Shown piece by piece: positions 56,088 to 63,597 of a DNA stretch of 64,000 nt (within the stretch, counting starts at the first letter, position 1; each line of letters starts with the position of its first letter). A program made the position numbers and the translations under genes. The stretch is from IMG/VR virus record IMGVR_UViG_3300021318_000003, positions 27,496 through 91,495 of that record. One strand, written 5' to 3'. Below the pieces are notes generated by a model, which was not told the origin of the DNA, did not search any database, and was given only the letters and a program-made list of their open reading frames with translations. The stretch is from a virus (Duplodnaviria > Heunggongvirae > Uroviricota > Caudoviricetes).

Positions 56088-56387
56088 TTACACCTCCATT
56101 CCGTGCGACCACTTGATGTTGTCGATGACGCAGGTGATCGCGCTCATCGCGTCGCGGAGCATATCGAAACGCTCCATGTTGCCTCCTTCGCGCGCCGTGT
56201 CGCCCCAGTCGCCATAGAGCATGACCACCATGTCGCGAATGTTGCAAAGCTCGATCGGCGTGCGGCTTTCCAGCTCCAAAATCCGCCTGATCGTCTTTGC
56301 TTCCTCCGCGTTGACGATGCCGCGCTGCGCGGGCGTATATTTGTCGTAAAGCTCCCTGATCTCCTGAAAATCCGGTTTCGTTGTCAT
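56088..56387 (-). CDS. hypothetical protein
   Basis: 99-aa ORF. Confidence 0.4.
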   Translation of the reverse strand: MTTKPDFQEIRELYDKYTPAQRGIVNAEEAKTIRRILELESRTPIELCNIRDMVVMLYGDWGDTAREGGNMERFDMLRDAMSAITCVIDNIKWSHGMEV

Positions 56388-56399
56388 TTGACATACCTC

Positions 56400-56606
56400 C
56401 TATATGGCAAGCTCGTATTCTCCGCTGTCCTTGAGCACGACGTACACATCCTGCTCAACGTGCTTTTCCCAACAGTTGAGCTTCCAGTCGTAGGAGACGC
56501 GCGCAATCGTTAGGCGCTCCGTCTCCGGCCGAATCTCGATGATGTTGATGTTGTAGTCCCCTCGCGCCTCTAACAGCTCGATGATGATTTCTTTGATAGT
56601 CTTCAT
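56400..56606 (-). CDS. hypothetical protein
   Basis: 68-aa ORF. Confidence 0.4.
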   Translation of the reverse strand: MKTIKEIIIELLEARGDYNINIIEIRPETERLTIARVSYDWKLNCWEKHVEQDVYVVLKDSGEYELAI

Positions 56607-56624
56607 TCAAACCACCTCCCAGTG

Positions 56625-56658
56625 TTATTACGGAAAGAAAACCGGTTTTGCTAACCGT
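56625..56658 (-). promoter_or_regulatory. motif-B promoter 12
   Basis: attacg-N17-gctaacc. Confidence 0.5.
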
Positions 56659-56993
56659 TCCGAAAAATCTTCCTCATATCCTTCCTCACCCGGCCAGATC
56701 TCCGTGATACCGGGATGCCAGCGGTAAAGACCGATCGCCTCGCATTGCGCGTTGACGTCGTTCGGGAAGTTGACCGCGCTCGGAATGATCTCCGTTCCAT
56801 CCGGCAGCACAACCGGCTTGCTGTAGCCTCCAAAGTCGCGGATGCACTCGTCCAGCGTGTCGAAAAGCTCGCTCACCAGGACGGAGCTGTGATAGATTGC
56901 TACGGTCGTTCGGTTCAACTGTCTGACGCCGTTTGCCTCATCGTATTCCTTGATGTGAGATTTTCCGTTTTCAAAGCTCGCGTAGTATTTCAT
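56628..56993 (-). CDS. hypothetical protein
   Basis: start at MKYYASF behind GGAGG-N8. Confidence 0.45.
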   Translation of the reverse strand: MKYYASFENGKSHIKEYDEANGVRQLNRTTVAIYHSSVLVSELFDTLDECIRDFGGYSKPVVLPDGTEIIPSAVNFPNDVNAQCEAIGLYRWHPGITEIWPGEEGYEEDFSERLAKPVFFP

Positions 56994-57010
56994 GCTCATC
57001 GCCTCCACCC

Positions 57011-57044
57011 ATATAAGAGAGCGGCTCCATAATTTGCTAACCAC
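57011..57044 (-). promoter_or_regulatory. motif-B promoter 13
   Basis: ataaga-N17-gctaacc. Confidence 0.45.
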
Positions 57045-57048
57045 TGAG

Positions 57049-57078
57049 AAAAAGAAAAAAGGCGGGCTTTCGCCCGCC
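57049..57078 (-). terminator. rho-independent terminator
   Basis: GGCGGGC-GAAA-GCCCGCC hairpin then a T-run on the minus strand. Confidence 0.65.
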
Positions 57079-57086
57079 TCGTTCCG

Positions 57087-57482
57087 TCACAGATGTTTGA
57101 TGTCCTCCATCAGCGTCTTCGGCGTCAGGTAGAGATCAAAATACTCCTTCGTGTACTGCGTATCAGGGCAAAAATGCACGCCCTCCTCGTCCTGCTCCTC
57201 GCCGCACGCCGTCCAGCGGTCATAGCTGCGCTGAACAAGCGGAGCGTCCTCGCTGTGTCCCCATCCGGTGTAAGTGGAGCGAACAAGCTCGAAAATGTAG
57301 GTATTGCCGCTCTTGCGAACGCGCACGGCCTCTGCGACCGCTTTCTTGAGCGCGTCCAGCCACTCCGCAACGTCGCCGAATGTGGTGTCGCGGTCGATTT
57401 GGATCTCCTTCCCCGTCGTGATCTCGCGCTTGCCGGTCTTCGTGTATTTGCTGTATGCCAACTTGAAGCTCAGATTCTTCAT
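57087..57482 (-). CDS. hypothetical protein
   Basis: 131-aa ORF. Confidence 0.45.
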   Translation of the reverse strand: MKNLSFKLAYSKYTKTGKREITTGKEIQIDRDTTFGDVAEWLDALKKAVAEAVRVRKSGNTYIFELVRSTYTGWGHSEDAPLVQRSYDRWTACGEEQDEEGVHFCPDTQYTKEYFDLYLTPKTLMEDIKHL

Positions 57483-57520
57483 GCTCGTGTCCTCCGTTTC
57501 TGATTTTGGGATTTCTACCT

Positions 57521-57554
57521 ATATTTCAGAAGTTTTTCACTTGTTGCTAACCAT
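57521..57554 (-). promoter_or_regulatory. motif-B promoter 14
   Basis: atttca-N17-gctaacc; the TAG stop of the upstream gene again lies inside GGTTAGCA. Confidence 0.45.
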
Positions 57555-58353
57555 CCAGCTCCGCGAAATACTGCCTGTACGCTTCCAGATACGCGCGGCG
57601 CTGGACGTCGTTGAAACACGCATCATCGAAATACTTGTTGACGTCCGCGTCGTCGCCGCGCCAGGGAATTGCGGCAAAAGCTCCGATCGTGTCAAAATCC
57701 GCCTGCCAGTTGATATGATACTCGTGATTGGCCATCTCGTATTTGAACGCATCCACCCAGTAGTCGAAATTTTCCAGCGTTCCATCTTTCGCCGCTTCCA
57801 GCGCCGCATAGAGCTGATCTTGACGGTCACGAAAATCCTTGTCGGCGTAGTAGCAGAAGGAAATGTCGCTGTAATAGGGATAATTCCCCTTCAGCCGGTC
57901 AAAGACGCTCTGCTCCTTGATGTGCGTGACCGTCGCTCCGCTGTAGTCGATTCCAAAAATGGACAGATGATCGACGCGCAGCGGGTAGAGGTCGCGCAGA
58001 AAACGCTCGCGGCGCTGAAATTCGTCGTACTCCGCCAGCGGCGCGGTCAGCTCATCATCCGTGAAAAGCGTCCGGCGCAGCTTTTCCTCGTACAGCGCGC
58101 GCAGCTCCTCGTGCGTTTTCTTGTGCTGATCCTCGTCCCACTGCGTCGGACGGTGGTGCAGCTCGTAGTCGTTGGCATACTTGATGTGATGACCGTTGCA
58201 GAAAACCAGCGCGCTGAATCCAAAATAGCCGCCGAAATCCACAAAGCAGACGTCGTGGTCTTTGATGACCGTCGTGTCCTCCGCCAACTCAAACGCGGCG
58301 TCCTCGTCCAGCGCCTCAATGTCAGCGATTGTCCAGGTCTTTGTGTTCTCCAT
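57547..58353 (-). CDS. hypothetical protein
   Basis: start at MENTKTWTI; the R-rich upstream extension in the track is not coding. Confidence 0.45.
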   Translation of the reverse strand: MENTKTWTIADIEALDEDAAFELAEDTTVIKDHDVCFVDFGGYFGFSALVFCNGHHIKYANDYELHHRPTQWDEDQHKKTHEELRALYEEKLRRTLFTDDELTAPLAEYDEFQRRERFLRDLYPLRVDHLSIFGIDYSGATVTHIKEQSVFDRLKGNYPYYSDISFCYYADKDFRDRQDQLYAALEAAKDGTLENFDYWVDAFKYEMANHEYHINWQADFDTIGAFAAIPWRGDDADVNKYFDDACFNDVQRRAYLEAYRQYFAELDG

Positions 58354-58391
58354 GTCGTGCTCCTCTCCGGCCTTGCGGCCTTGTTCTGTAT

Positions 58392-58425
58392 ATACTTGAG
58401 AATGGATTTTTGTCCTGCTAACCAA
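58392..58425 (-). promoter_or_regulatory. motif-B promoter 15
   Basis: acttga-N17-gctaacc. Confidence 0.4.
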
Positions 58426-58442
58426 ACGAATGAAATTTTCCA

Positions 58443-58475
58443 AAAAAAAGAGGCGGGCATCTTTGCCCGCCTCCG
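58443..58475 (-). terminator. rho-independent terminator
   Basis: GAGGCGGGC..GCCCGCCTC hairpin then TTTTTTTT. Confidence 0.65.
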
Positions 58476-58484
58476 TGCGTTCCG

Positions 58485-58988
58485 TCACGCGCCGATCTTG
58501 ACCCTGCCATCCGTGTCGACGACCTCGCTGCCGTAATAGCCGCGAATGTCGTCCATCGAAAGACTGCGGCTGGAGCACTTGCGGTAGCCGTCGCGGTGGA
58601 AATACCACGCGCTTTTGTTACTGCTCCACCGGAAGGACAGCGCCTTCAGCTCCTCCTTGTGCGGCTTCGTGTCGCCCGTCACCCACAGCCAGGAGCCGCA
58701 GACCTCGATCTGTACGCCCTCCATGTGGATAAGGCGCTCGATCACGTCCATGAACTCTTCCGCAGTTTCCGTCGTCGCCGTGCGGCTGGTGTAAAATTCT
58801 CCGTCTTTGTTCTGGTGGACGTCCTTGAGGCGCGCAAAGAGCTTTTCATACTCCGCGTTGATCTGCTGCATATCCACGGTGCTGCCGCCCATGTCCGGGT
58901 GATGCTTCATTGCAAGGCGCTTGTACTGTTTCTTCAGCTCTTCCAGCGTTTTCGGATTATCAAACCACTTCATTTTTGTGTCCTCCAA
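58485..58988 (-). CDS. J-domain (DnaJ-like) protein
   Basis: LEELKKQYKRLAMKHHPDMGG is a J-domain with the HPD motif. Confidence 0.7.
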   Translation of the reverse strand: MEDTKMKWFDNPKTLEELKKQYKRLAMKHHPDMGGSTVDMQQINAEYEKLFARLKDVHQNKDGEFYTSRTATTETAEEFMDVIERLIHMEGVQIEVCGSWLWVTGDTKPHKEELKALSFRWSSNKSAWYFHRDGYRKCSSRSLSMDDIRGYYGSEVVDTDGRVKIGA

Positions 58989-59014
58989 AAATCTTGATTT
59001 GGGATTCTCTGATG

Positions 59015-59048
59015 ATATAACAGAACGATTTCATGCCTTGCTAACCGG
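59015..59048 (-). promoter_or_regulatory. motif-B promoter 16
   Basis: ataaca-N17-gctaacc. Confidence 0.5.
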
Positions 59049-59071
59049 CAAAATGATATTTTTTTTGACGC

Positions 59072-59100
59072 AAAACAGAAAAGGCGGGCTTGCGCCCGCC
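59072..59100 (-). terminator. rho-independent terminator
   Basis: GGCGGGC..GCCCGCC hairpin plus T-rich tail; preceded by GGAACGGAACAACGGAATAGAATGGAACGG in the 3' UTR. Confidence 0.6.
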
Positions 59101-59129
59101 GTTCCATTCTATTCCGTTGTTCCGTTCCA

Positions 59130-59384
59130 TCAGGCCGCGAGCGCGTCCAGCGCGAACATGAACGCCGCCGCCTCACGATCGGAGCTGATGAAATCCAGCC
59201 GGAACTTTGCAAACTCGCCGACGAATTTCTGAAAGCTCGCGTTTTCGCGCAGGAGCCTGTCAAACTCCGCGACCGCTTCCCGCGCGCCGGCGATCTCCGC
59301 GTTGCGTCCCGCCGCGTCGTACAGTGCGGCATATTCCTTTTTGAACTGCTCCGCAAAGCGATTGATGTTGACGTTGATCTCCAT
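59130..59384 (-). CDS. hypothetical protein
   Basis: 84-aa ORF. Confidence 0.4.
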   Translation of the reverse strand: MEINVNINRFAEQFKKEYAALYDAAGRNAEIAGAREAVAEFDRLLRENASFQKFVGEFAKFRLDFISSDREAAAFMFALDALAA

Positions 59385-59426
59385 GATTTTGTCCTCAGTG
59401 TTGTCCGGCTTTCGCCTGTTCTATCC

Positions 59427-59460
59427 ATATATCAGAAGAAAATCCGCGCTTGCTAACCAG
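59427..59460 (-). promoter_or_regulatory. motif-B promoter 17
   Basis: atatca-N17-gctaacc. Confidence 0.5.
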
Positions 59461-59491
59461 GCGTTGCAAAAAGTTTTCGGGATTTACAACG

Positions 59492-59521
59492 AAAAAAGGC
59501 GGCGGAAATCCATCCGCCGCC
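59492..59521 (-). terminator. rho-independent terminator
   Basis: GGCGGCGGA..TCCGCCGCC hairpin then TTTTTT; 3' UTR carries ACGGAACGGAACGACGGAACGG. Confidence 0.6.
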
Positions 59522-59541
59522 CGTTCCGTCGTTCCGTTCCG

Positions 59542-59952
59542 TTATGCGATCTCCGCCTTTTTCAGCGCCGCGATATGCTCCGCCGCGAGCGCCATGATCT
59601 TGTCGTCGTCAAAATCCGCCGACAGCTTGCACAGCTCGCTCCAGCTCCGCTTGTTCTGTTTCGTTCCGATCTCCACGCTCGCGCCCATGCCGGTCGACAC
59701 CATCATGCCCTCCGTGTGTCCGGGGTTCCAGATCTGCAGGTGAATGTGCGGCTGCTGCTCGCCCGTCAGCCGGTAGCCGTCGCGGACGTCGTGATATTCC
59801 AGCGTCGCCTGCAGGATTCTTCCGCCGTCCAGTTCGATGTTGCGGCGCGCGATCTTCTCGCCCCACATCACAAAGTGCCGCGCGTCAAATCTGAATCCGC
59901 CGTGAAGCTGCGCGTTCCATTTCTGCGCCTGTTCCCTTGTGAGCCTTGCCAT
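59542..59952 (-). CDS. HIT-like protein (HxHxQ variant)
   Basis: PHIHLQIWNPGHTEG resembles the histidine-triad loop of HINT-type hydrolases, with Gln in place of the third His. Confidence 0.4.
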   Translation of the reverse strand: MARLTREQAQKWNAQLHGGFRFDARHFVMWGEKIARRNIELDGGRILQATLEYHDVRDGYRLTGEQQPHIHLQIWNPGHTEGMMVSTGMGASVEIGTKQNKRSWSELCKLSADFDDDKIMALAAEHIAALKKAEIA

Positions 59953-59995
59953 CGTTCTATCCTCCGTGTTCTGTAAATTTTTGGGATTTCCACTT

Positions 59996-60029
59996 ATATA
60001 ACAGACGGATTCCGCCGTTTGCTAACCGT
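59996..60029 (-). promoter_or_regulatory. motif-B promoter 18
   Basis: ataaca-N17-gctaacc. Confidence 0.5.
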
Positions 60030-60053
60030 TCCGAAAAAAATATTTTTGCCCTT

Positions 60054-60090
60054 CCGAAAAAAAAGAAAAGGCGGAGCCGTAAAGCTCCGC
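60054..60090 (-). terminator. rho-independent terminator
   Basis: GGCGGAGC..GCTCCGCC hairpin then a T-run. Confidence 0.6.
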
Positions 60091-60100
60091 CCGTGTTCCG

Positions 60101-60280
60101 TTACGGCTCCAGCTTGACCTCCAGAACGGCGTCATACATCGGGTATTTTGTCGCGTAGACGTCCGTGATGATCCGCCCGCCCGTCGCCCTGGTTCCGTCG
60201 TATCGTTCCACCGTTCCGTCGTTCTTGCGGATGAAGATATGACAGCGCGGCGCGATGTTCCACAGCTCCAACAGTGTCAT
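60101..60280 (-). CDS. hypothetical protein (about 59 aa)
   Basis: start at MTLLELW behind GGAGGG-N8. Confidence 0.35.
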   Translation of the reverse strand: MTLLELWNIAPRCHIFIRKNDGTVERYDGTRATGGRIITDVYATKYPMYDAVLEVKLEP

Positions 60281-60401
60281 TCTCTCAGCCCTCCGTTCCA
60301 AGCTCCGCCGTCGCGATCTCCATCGCGGCGGTTTCCGTCAGGCCATCCTCCAGTAGCATGTTCACAAGCTCCGCATAACTCATTTTTTCCGTCCTCCTTA
60401 A

Positions 60402-60575
60402 ATTTCAATGTCGGTCAGCTCGTAGTATTCCAGCAGCTCCAGCGCGTTCGTCCAGTCGCCAAGGTCGTACCGTTCCGCCGCCTGTTCCACCATCTCGCGA
60501 TAGGTCAGAAGCTCACCCGTTTCGATGTTCTGATAGTAGCGCGTGCGTGGGAAAGTATCGCGTGCCGTTTTCATG
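60402..60575 (-). CDS. hypothetical protein (about 57 aa)
   Basis: my own translation MKTARDTFPRTRYYQNIETGELLTYREMVEQAAERYDLGDWTNALELLEYYELTDIEI; RBS GGAGGAACGGAAC. Confidence 0.35.
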
Positions 60576-60658
60576 TGTTCCGTTCCTCCGTTCGTCTAAC
60601 TCGCGTCGTCCGGTGTTCTCCGCAGCTCTTGCCGCAGTCCGTCGCGCGGTTCCCATCC

Positions 60659-60692
60659 ATATAACAGAAACTTTCCCGCGTTTGCTAACCGG
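60659..60692 (-). promoter_or_regulatory. motif-B promoter 19
   Basis: ataaca-N17-gctaacc; about 70-nt leader to the 60402..60575 ORF. Confidence 0.5.
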
Positions 60693-60921
60693 CGGAAAAA
60701 TAAATTTTGTCGCTCCAAAATCCGCCGCCGTTCCGGAAACGAAAAGCGGCGAGCTTATCCAGCCCGCCGCGCTTGTTCCGTTTTCCGTTTCGGTTCCGTC
60801 CGCCGTTCCGCCTTGTGCGCCGTCCGCCGTGCTCCAGCCATTCCACCAGGCGCATAAACCAGCTTGCGAGCGTCAGCGCGCCAGCGACGACCACGACGTA
60901 ATATAAAGCCGTGTATTCCAT
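60685..60921 (-). CDS. possible small single-pass membrane protein with basic tail
   Basis: MEYTALYYVVVVAGALTLASWFMRLVEW then R/G/N-rich tail that is simply translated GTTCCG repeats; may be shorter or spurious. Confidence 0.3.
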   Translation of the reverse strand: MEYTALYYVVVVAGALTLASWFMRLVEWLEHGGRRTRRNGGRNRNGKRNKRGGLDKLAAFRFRNGGGFWSDKIYFSAG

Positions 60922-61002
60922 CCGTTCCGCTCCTTCCGTTCCGTTTGTGTCGTTCCATTGGCGACGGCGAGCCGTTCCAGCAGCCCGCCGCGCCGCATCC
61001 CG

Positions 61003-61362
61003 TCAGATAAAATACATTTCGCCGTTCAGCTCCAAGGCTACGGCCTCTTGCCCCATTTCCGCCTTGAGCTTTTCGCAGTGCTCCACGACCTCGCCGATAT
61101 GCTCCTGCAGGTCAGCGTCGGCGGCGTAGGCAAAAACAACGGTGGTGTTCTCCGCAACCAGACCGGCCGCAGGGCTGAGCCAATAGCCAAGCGCAGGCGT
61201 CGACGTCGCCCCGCCGAAAAGCTGAGAGAGCAGCGCCGCCGTCGCCTTGACCTGTTCCGTATTGTCGGCGGCCTTGTCTACGTCCGCAGTCGCGGGAACG
61301 TAAACGGTAATCTTGCTGGACAGCTTGAAGCAGTGCTGCAGCTTTGCATTGTTGATCGTCAT
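61003..61362 (-). CDS. hypothetical protein
   Basis: 119-aa ORF; first gene behind promoter 20; the 5' UTR holds the stem GCGCGCCG..CGGCGCGC. Confidence 0.45.
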   Translation of the reverse strand: MTINNAKLQHCFKLSSKITVYVPATADVDKAADNTEQVKATAALLSQLFGGATSTPALGYWLSPAAGLVAENTTVVFAYAADADLQEHIGEVVEHCEKLKAEMGQEAVALELNGEMYFI

Positions 61363-61421
61363 GGTGGTGTTCTCCTTTTCGTTTTGAAGTAGCGCGCCGC
61401 AGCCGTAACCACGGCGCGCCT

Positions 61422-61455
61422 ATACATGAGATTAGATTTTTGGCTTGCTAACCGT
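61422..61455 (-). promoter_or_regulatory. motif-B promoter 20
   Basis: acatga-N17-gctaacc directly downstream of the sigma-like gene. Confidence 0.45.
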
Positions 61456-61475
61456 TCCGGAAAATTTTCTTACAT

Positions 61476-62276
61476 GTGCAGCGCGGTCAACTGCTCGCGC
61501 ATCTTGACAATACGCTTATGCACTGCAACATTGGAGATCGTGCCGATGTCGGCGGCAATCTCGCGCTCCGTATAACCGCGCCCGACCAGCTCCAGAATGC
61601 GGTCGTTGATTTCGTCGCAGCCGTTCCGGAAGCTCGCAACATCCGCCTTCAGAATCGCGGCGCGTTCCGTGTCGTCAGCAGCCGCACAGATCGACTCGAC
61701 CGCGCTCACCGTCTCGCCGTCTTCCGTTTCAAGCTCGCGCACGCTCGCGGCGCTGTGCTTCGTGTCCTGGTAGAAGATCGCTGCAATGCTCGCGTCGGCA
61801 GCTTCGTATACCAGCTTGACCAGCGTCAGCGGGCGCTTGCCCTGTGCCGCGCGGCGCTCGTTGCGCTTCGTCAGCTTGTCAGCGTCGGCGAGCTTGACCG
61901 ACAGGCGCAGCCACGTTTCAGAAACGAACTCGTCAAGATCGTGCAGGCCGTACAGACCGAAGGCGGGAACCTCAGAAAACTGCAGGTAGTGGTCTTCGGT
62001 GCTGTACTTGATGCGGTCTTTCGCGGCTTTGTGGATGCACTTCTTCATAAAAGCGATCTGCTCGCCCTCAGACAGGGCAGCCCAAGCGGAAACGACGCGC
62101 GCCGCGTTGCGCTCAGCGTTCGCGCCTTCAGCCTCAGCCCACGCCATACGCAGGCAGGCGCTCCAGAGGACTTCGGAAACCTTGCAGCCGATTTCAGAGG
62201 CAGCAGCGCGGCGGATGTCCCACGCGCGGAGCATAACGGAAGCGTTGCGGGTGGTGGTGTTGGTGGTGGTTTTCAT
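61476..62276 (-). CDS. sigma-70-family-like transcription factor (region-4 HTH)
   Basis: C-terminal NDRILELVGRGYTEREIAADIGTISNVAVHKRIVKMREQL resembles sigma region 4.2; 268 aa; sits at the upstream end of the motif-B array. Confidence 0.55.
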
Positions 62277-62285
62277 GGTGGTGAT

Positions 62286-62317
62286 CTCCTTTTCGATAAA
62301 TATTTGTCGTGCTACGG
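62286..62317 (-). promoter_or_regulatory. motif-A element upstream of the sigma-like gene
   Basis: ctccttttcgataaatatttgtcgtgctacgg. Confidence 0.4.
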
Positions 62318-62520
62318 GAAGAGGAGAAGCGGAGCTGGAGCAGAAGCACCGGAGCGCCGCGCGCCCTTTCCCTTGACACTTATAATTATAGCACCTTGCC
62401 CCATAAAAGGCAAGAAATTATTGGCGTGCTAACCACAAAATAGTGTAGATTTTTGGCGTGCTATTTTGTGCAAAATGACGAAGCCGAAAAGATGCGCTGG
62501 AGCCGATCGAATTGGCGAAG

Positions 62521-62820
62521 CAAGGCGAAGGAAGCGCAGCGACCGCAGCCAATGCGGAGCACCTACGAGCGACAGCGAGCGCGAGCAACGCGAGCAAAGC
62601 CCAGGAGCAGCACAAGACCACGGAAGCAGCAGCGACGAAGAGCGAGCGAAAAGCGGGAAGGAAAGGAAGGGAGAGAGGAACGGAGACGGAGCACGCGCGG
62701 CGGCAATATGGCGAAGAGATCGAACGCGCGGCACGCTCGCGGCGGAGCCGCAACCCAGGAGTGGAAGAGCAGCGCCGGCGGAGCAGATCGACCAGGGAAG
62801 CGGAGCACCGCAGGCCGGAG
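62521..62820. other. T-depleted polypurine-rich tract on the plus strand (A-depleted on the minus strand)
   Basis: about 8 T in 300 nt by direct count; at least 18 GGA motifs; repeated CAGATCGAC and ATCGACCAGG words with several GATC sites; long ORFs in all frames here only reflect the absence of stop codons. Confidence 0.6.
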
Positions 62821-63446
62821 CCGTTCAAATCGACCAGGCGCAGCCCATCCGCAGCCGCTCCGCAATTCTGCTTTTTGCGAGTATGCAGAACCGCCAGCGA
62901 AAAAGCCCAGAATCAAGCGGTTTTTCGGCGCGGAGCAGATCGACGGCGAGCAGCACCAGCCCAGGCGCGGCACTTGTCTGGAGTAGGGGGAGCCTTGACA
63001 TTTTCGGCGACTCGGCAGGTGTTCCGGAGGCACACAGTACCTCACACCACGCACCATTTTCAAATATTTCAAATCCTCTATTCCGCCACTTCTCCCAGAC
63101 CGTGCCATACACGAAAACCGGTAACGACACACATTTATTATTGCGACTTTTCCAAAATTGCACCAACTTCGGATTTTCTTTCCAACTGCCGCCGACTGTT
63201 ATTGCCGCTTTCCGTAGACAAGCAGATCAAATGACGCTTCTCGCCACAGGAGCTTCGCAAACAGACATTTCACTACCTCCGCCATATAACCGCAAAGCAT
63301 TGTTTCAGGCAGTCTCAACTCTTCTTGACCTGATGGCATCCGCAGTCGCAACGCTATCGCAAGAGATGGAACCGGCATCTACAGGAAACCTCCAAAGGGA
63401 GTTTGAAATTTCTTCCGAAAAGTGCGATAAAAATTTATAAAACGTA

Positions 63447-63475
63447 TTGACATGGAGGATGCAATATTGTATAAT
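63447..63475 (+). promoter_or_regulatory. near-consensus sigma-A promoter for the integrase gene
   Basis: TTGACA-N17-TATAAT about 120 nt upstream of the ATG. Confidence 0.6.
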
Positions 63476-63597
63476 ATAGCCAATGAAACAAGCGAGTTTT
63501 TGCTTTTGCATAAGCACGCCAAAAAATTACAACTGTAAGACGACAACAAGATACTACTGCCGCAGGTTGTACCGGACATTCCGTAAAGGAGAAGTCA

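Noticed and set aside
60755-60958. Minus ORFs 60755-60958 and 20792-21034 (R-rich)
   Set aside because: They are translations of GTTCCG-repeat or intergenic sequence in alternative frames, with no RBS and no start context.
45626-62440. Possibility that the roughly 35-bp repeated elements form a CRISPR array
   Set aside because: Spacing between copies is 400-2000 bp and irregular, the intervening sequence is protein-coding with RBSs, the repeats are not identical, and there are no cas genes. The pattern fits promoter-terminator units.
62418-63440. ORFs of 130-320 aa on both strands across 62.4-63.4 kb
   Set aside because: The region is nearly T-free on the plus strand and A-free on the minus strand, so stop codons cannot occur. 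The translations are R/K/E/A/S repeats and do not count as evidence of genes.
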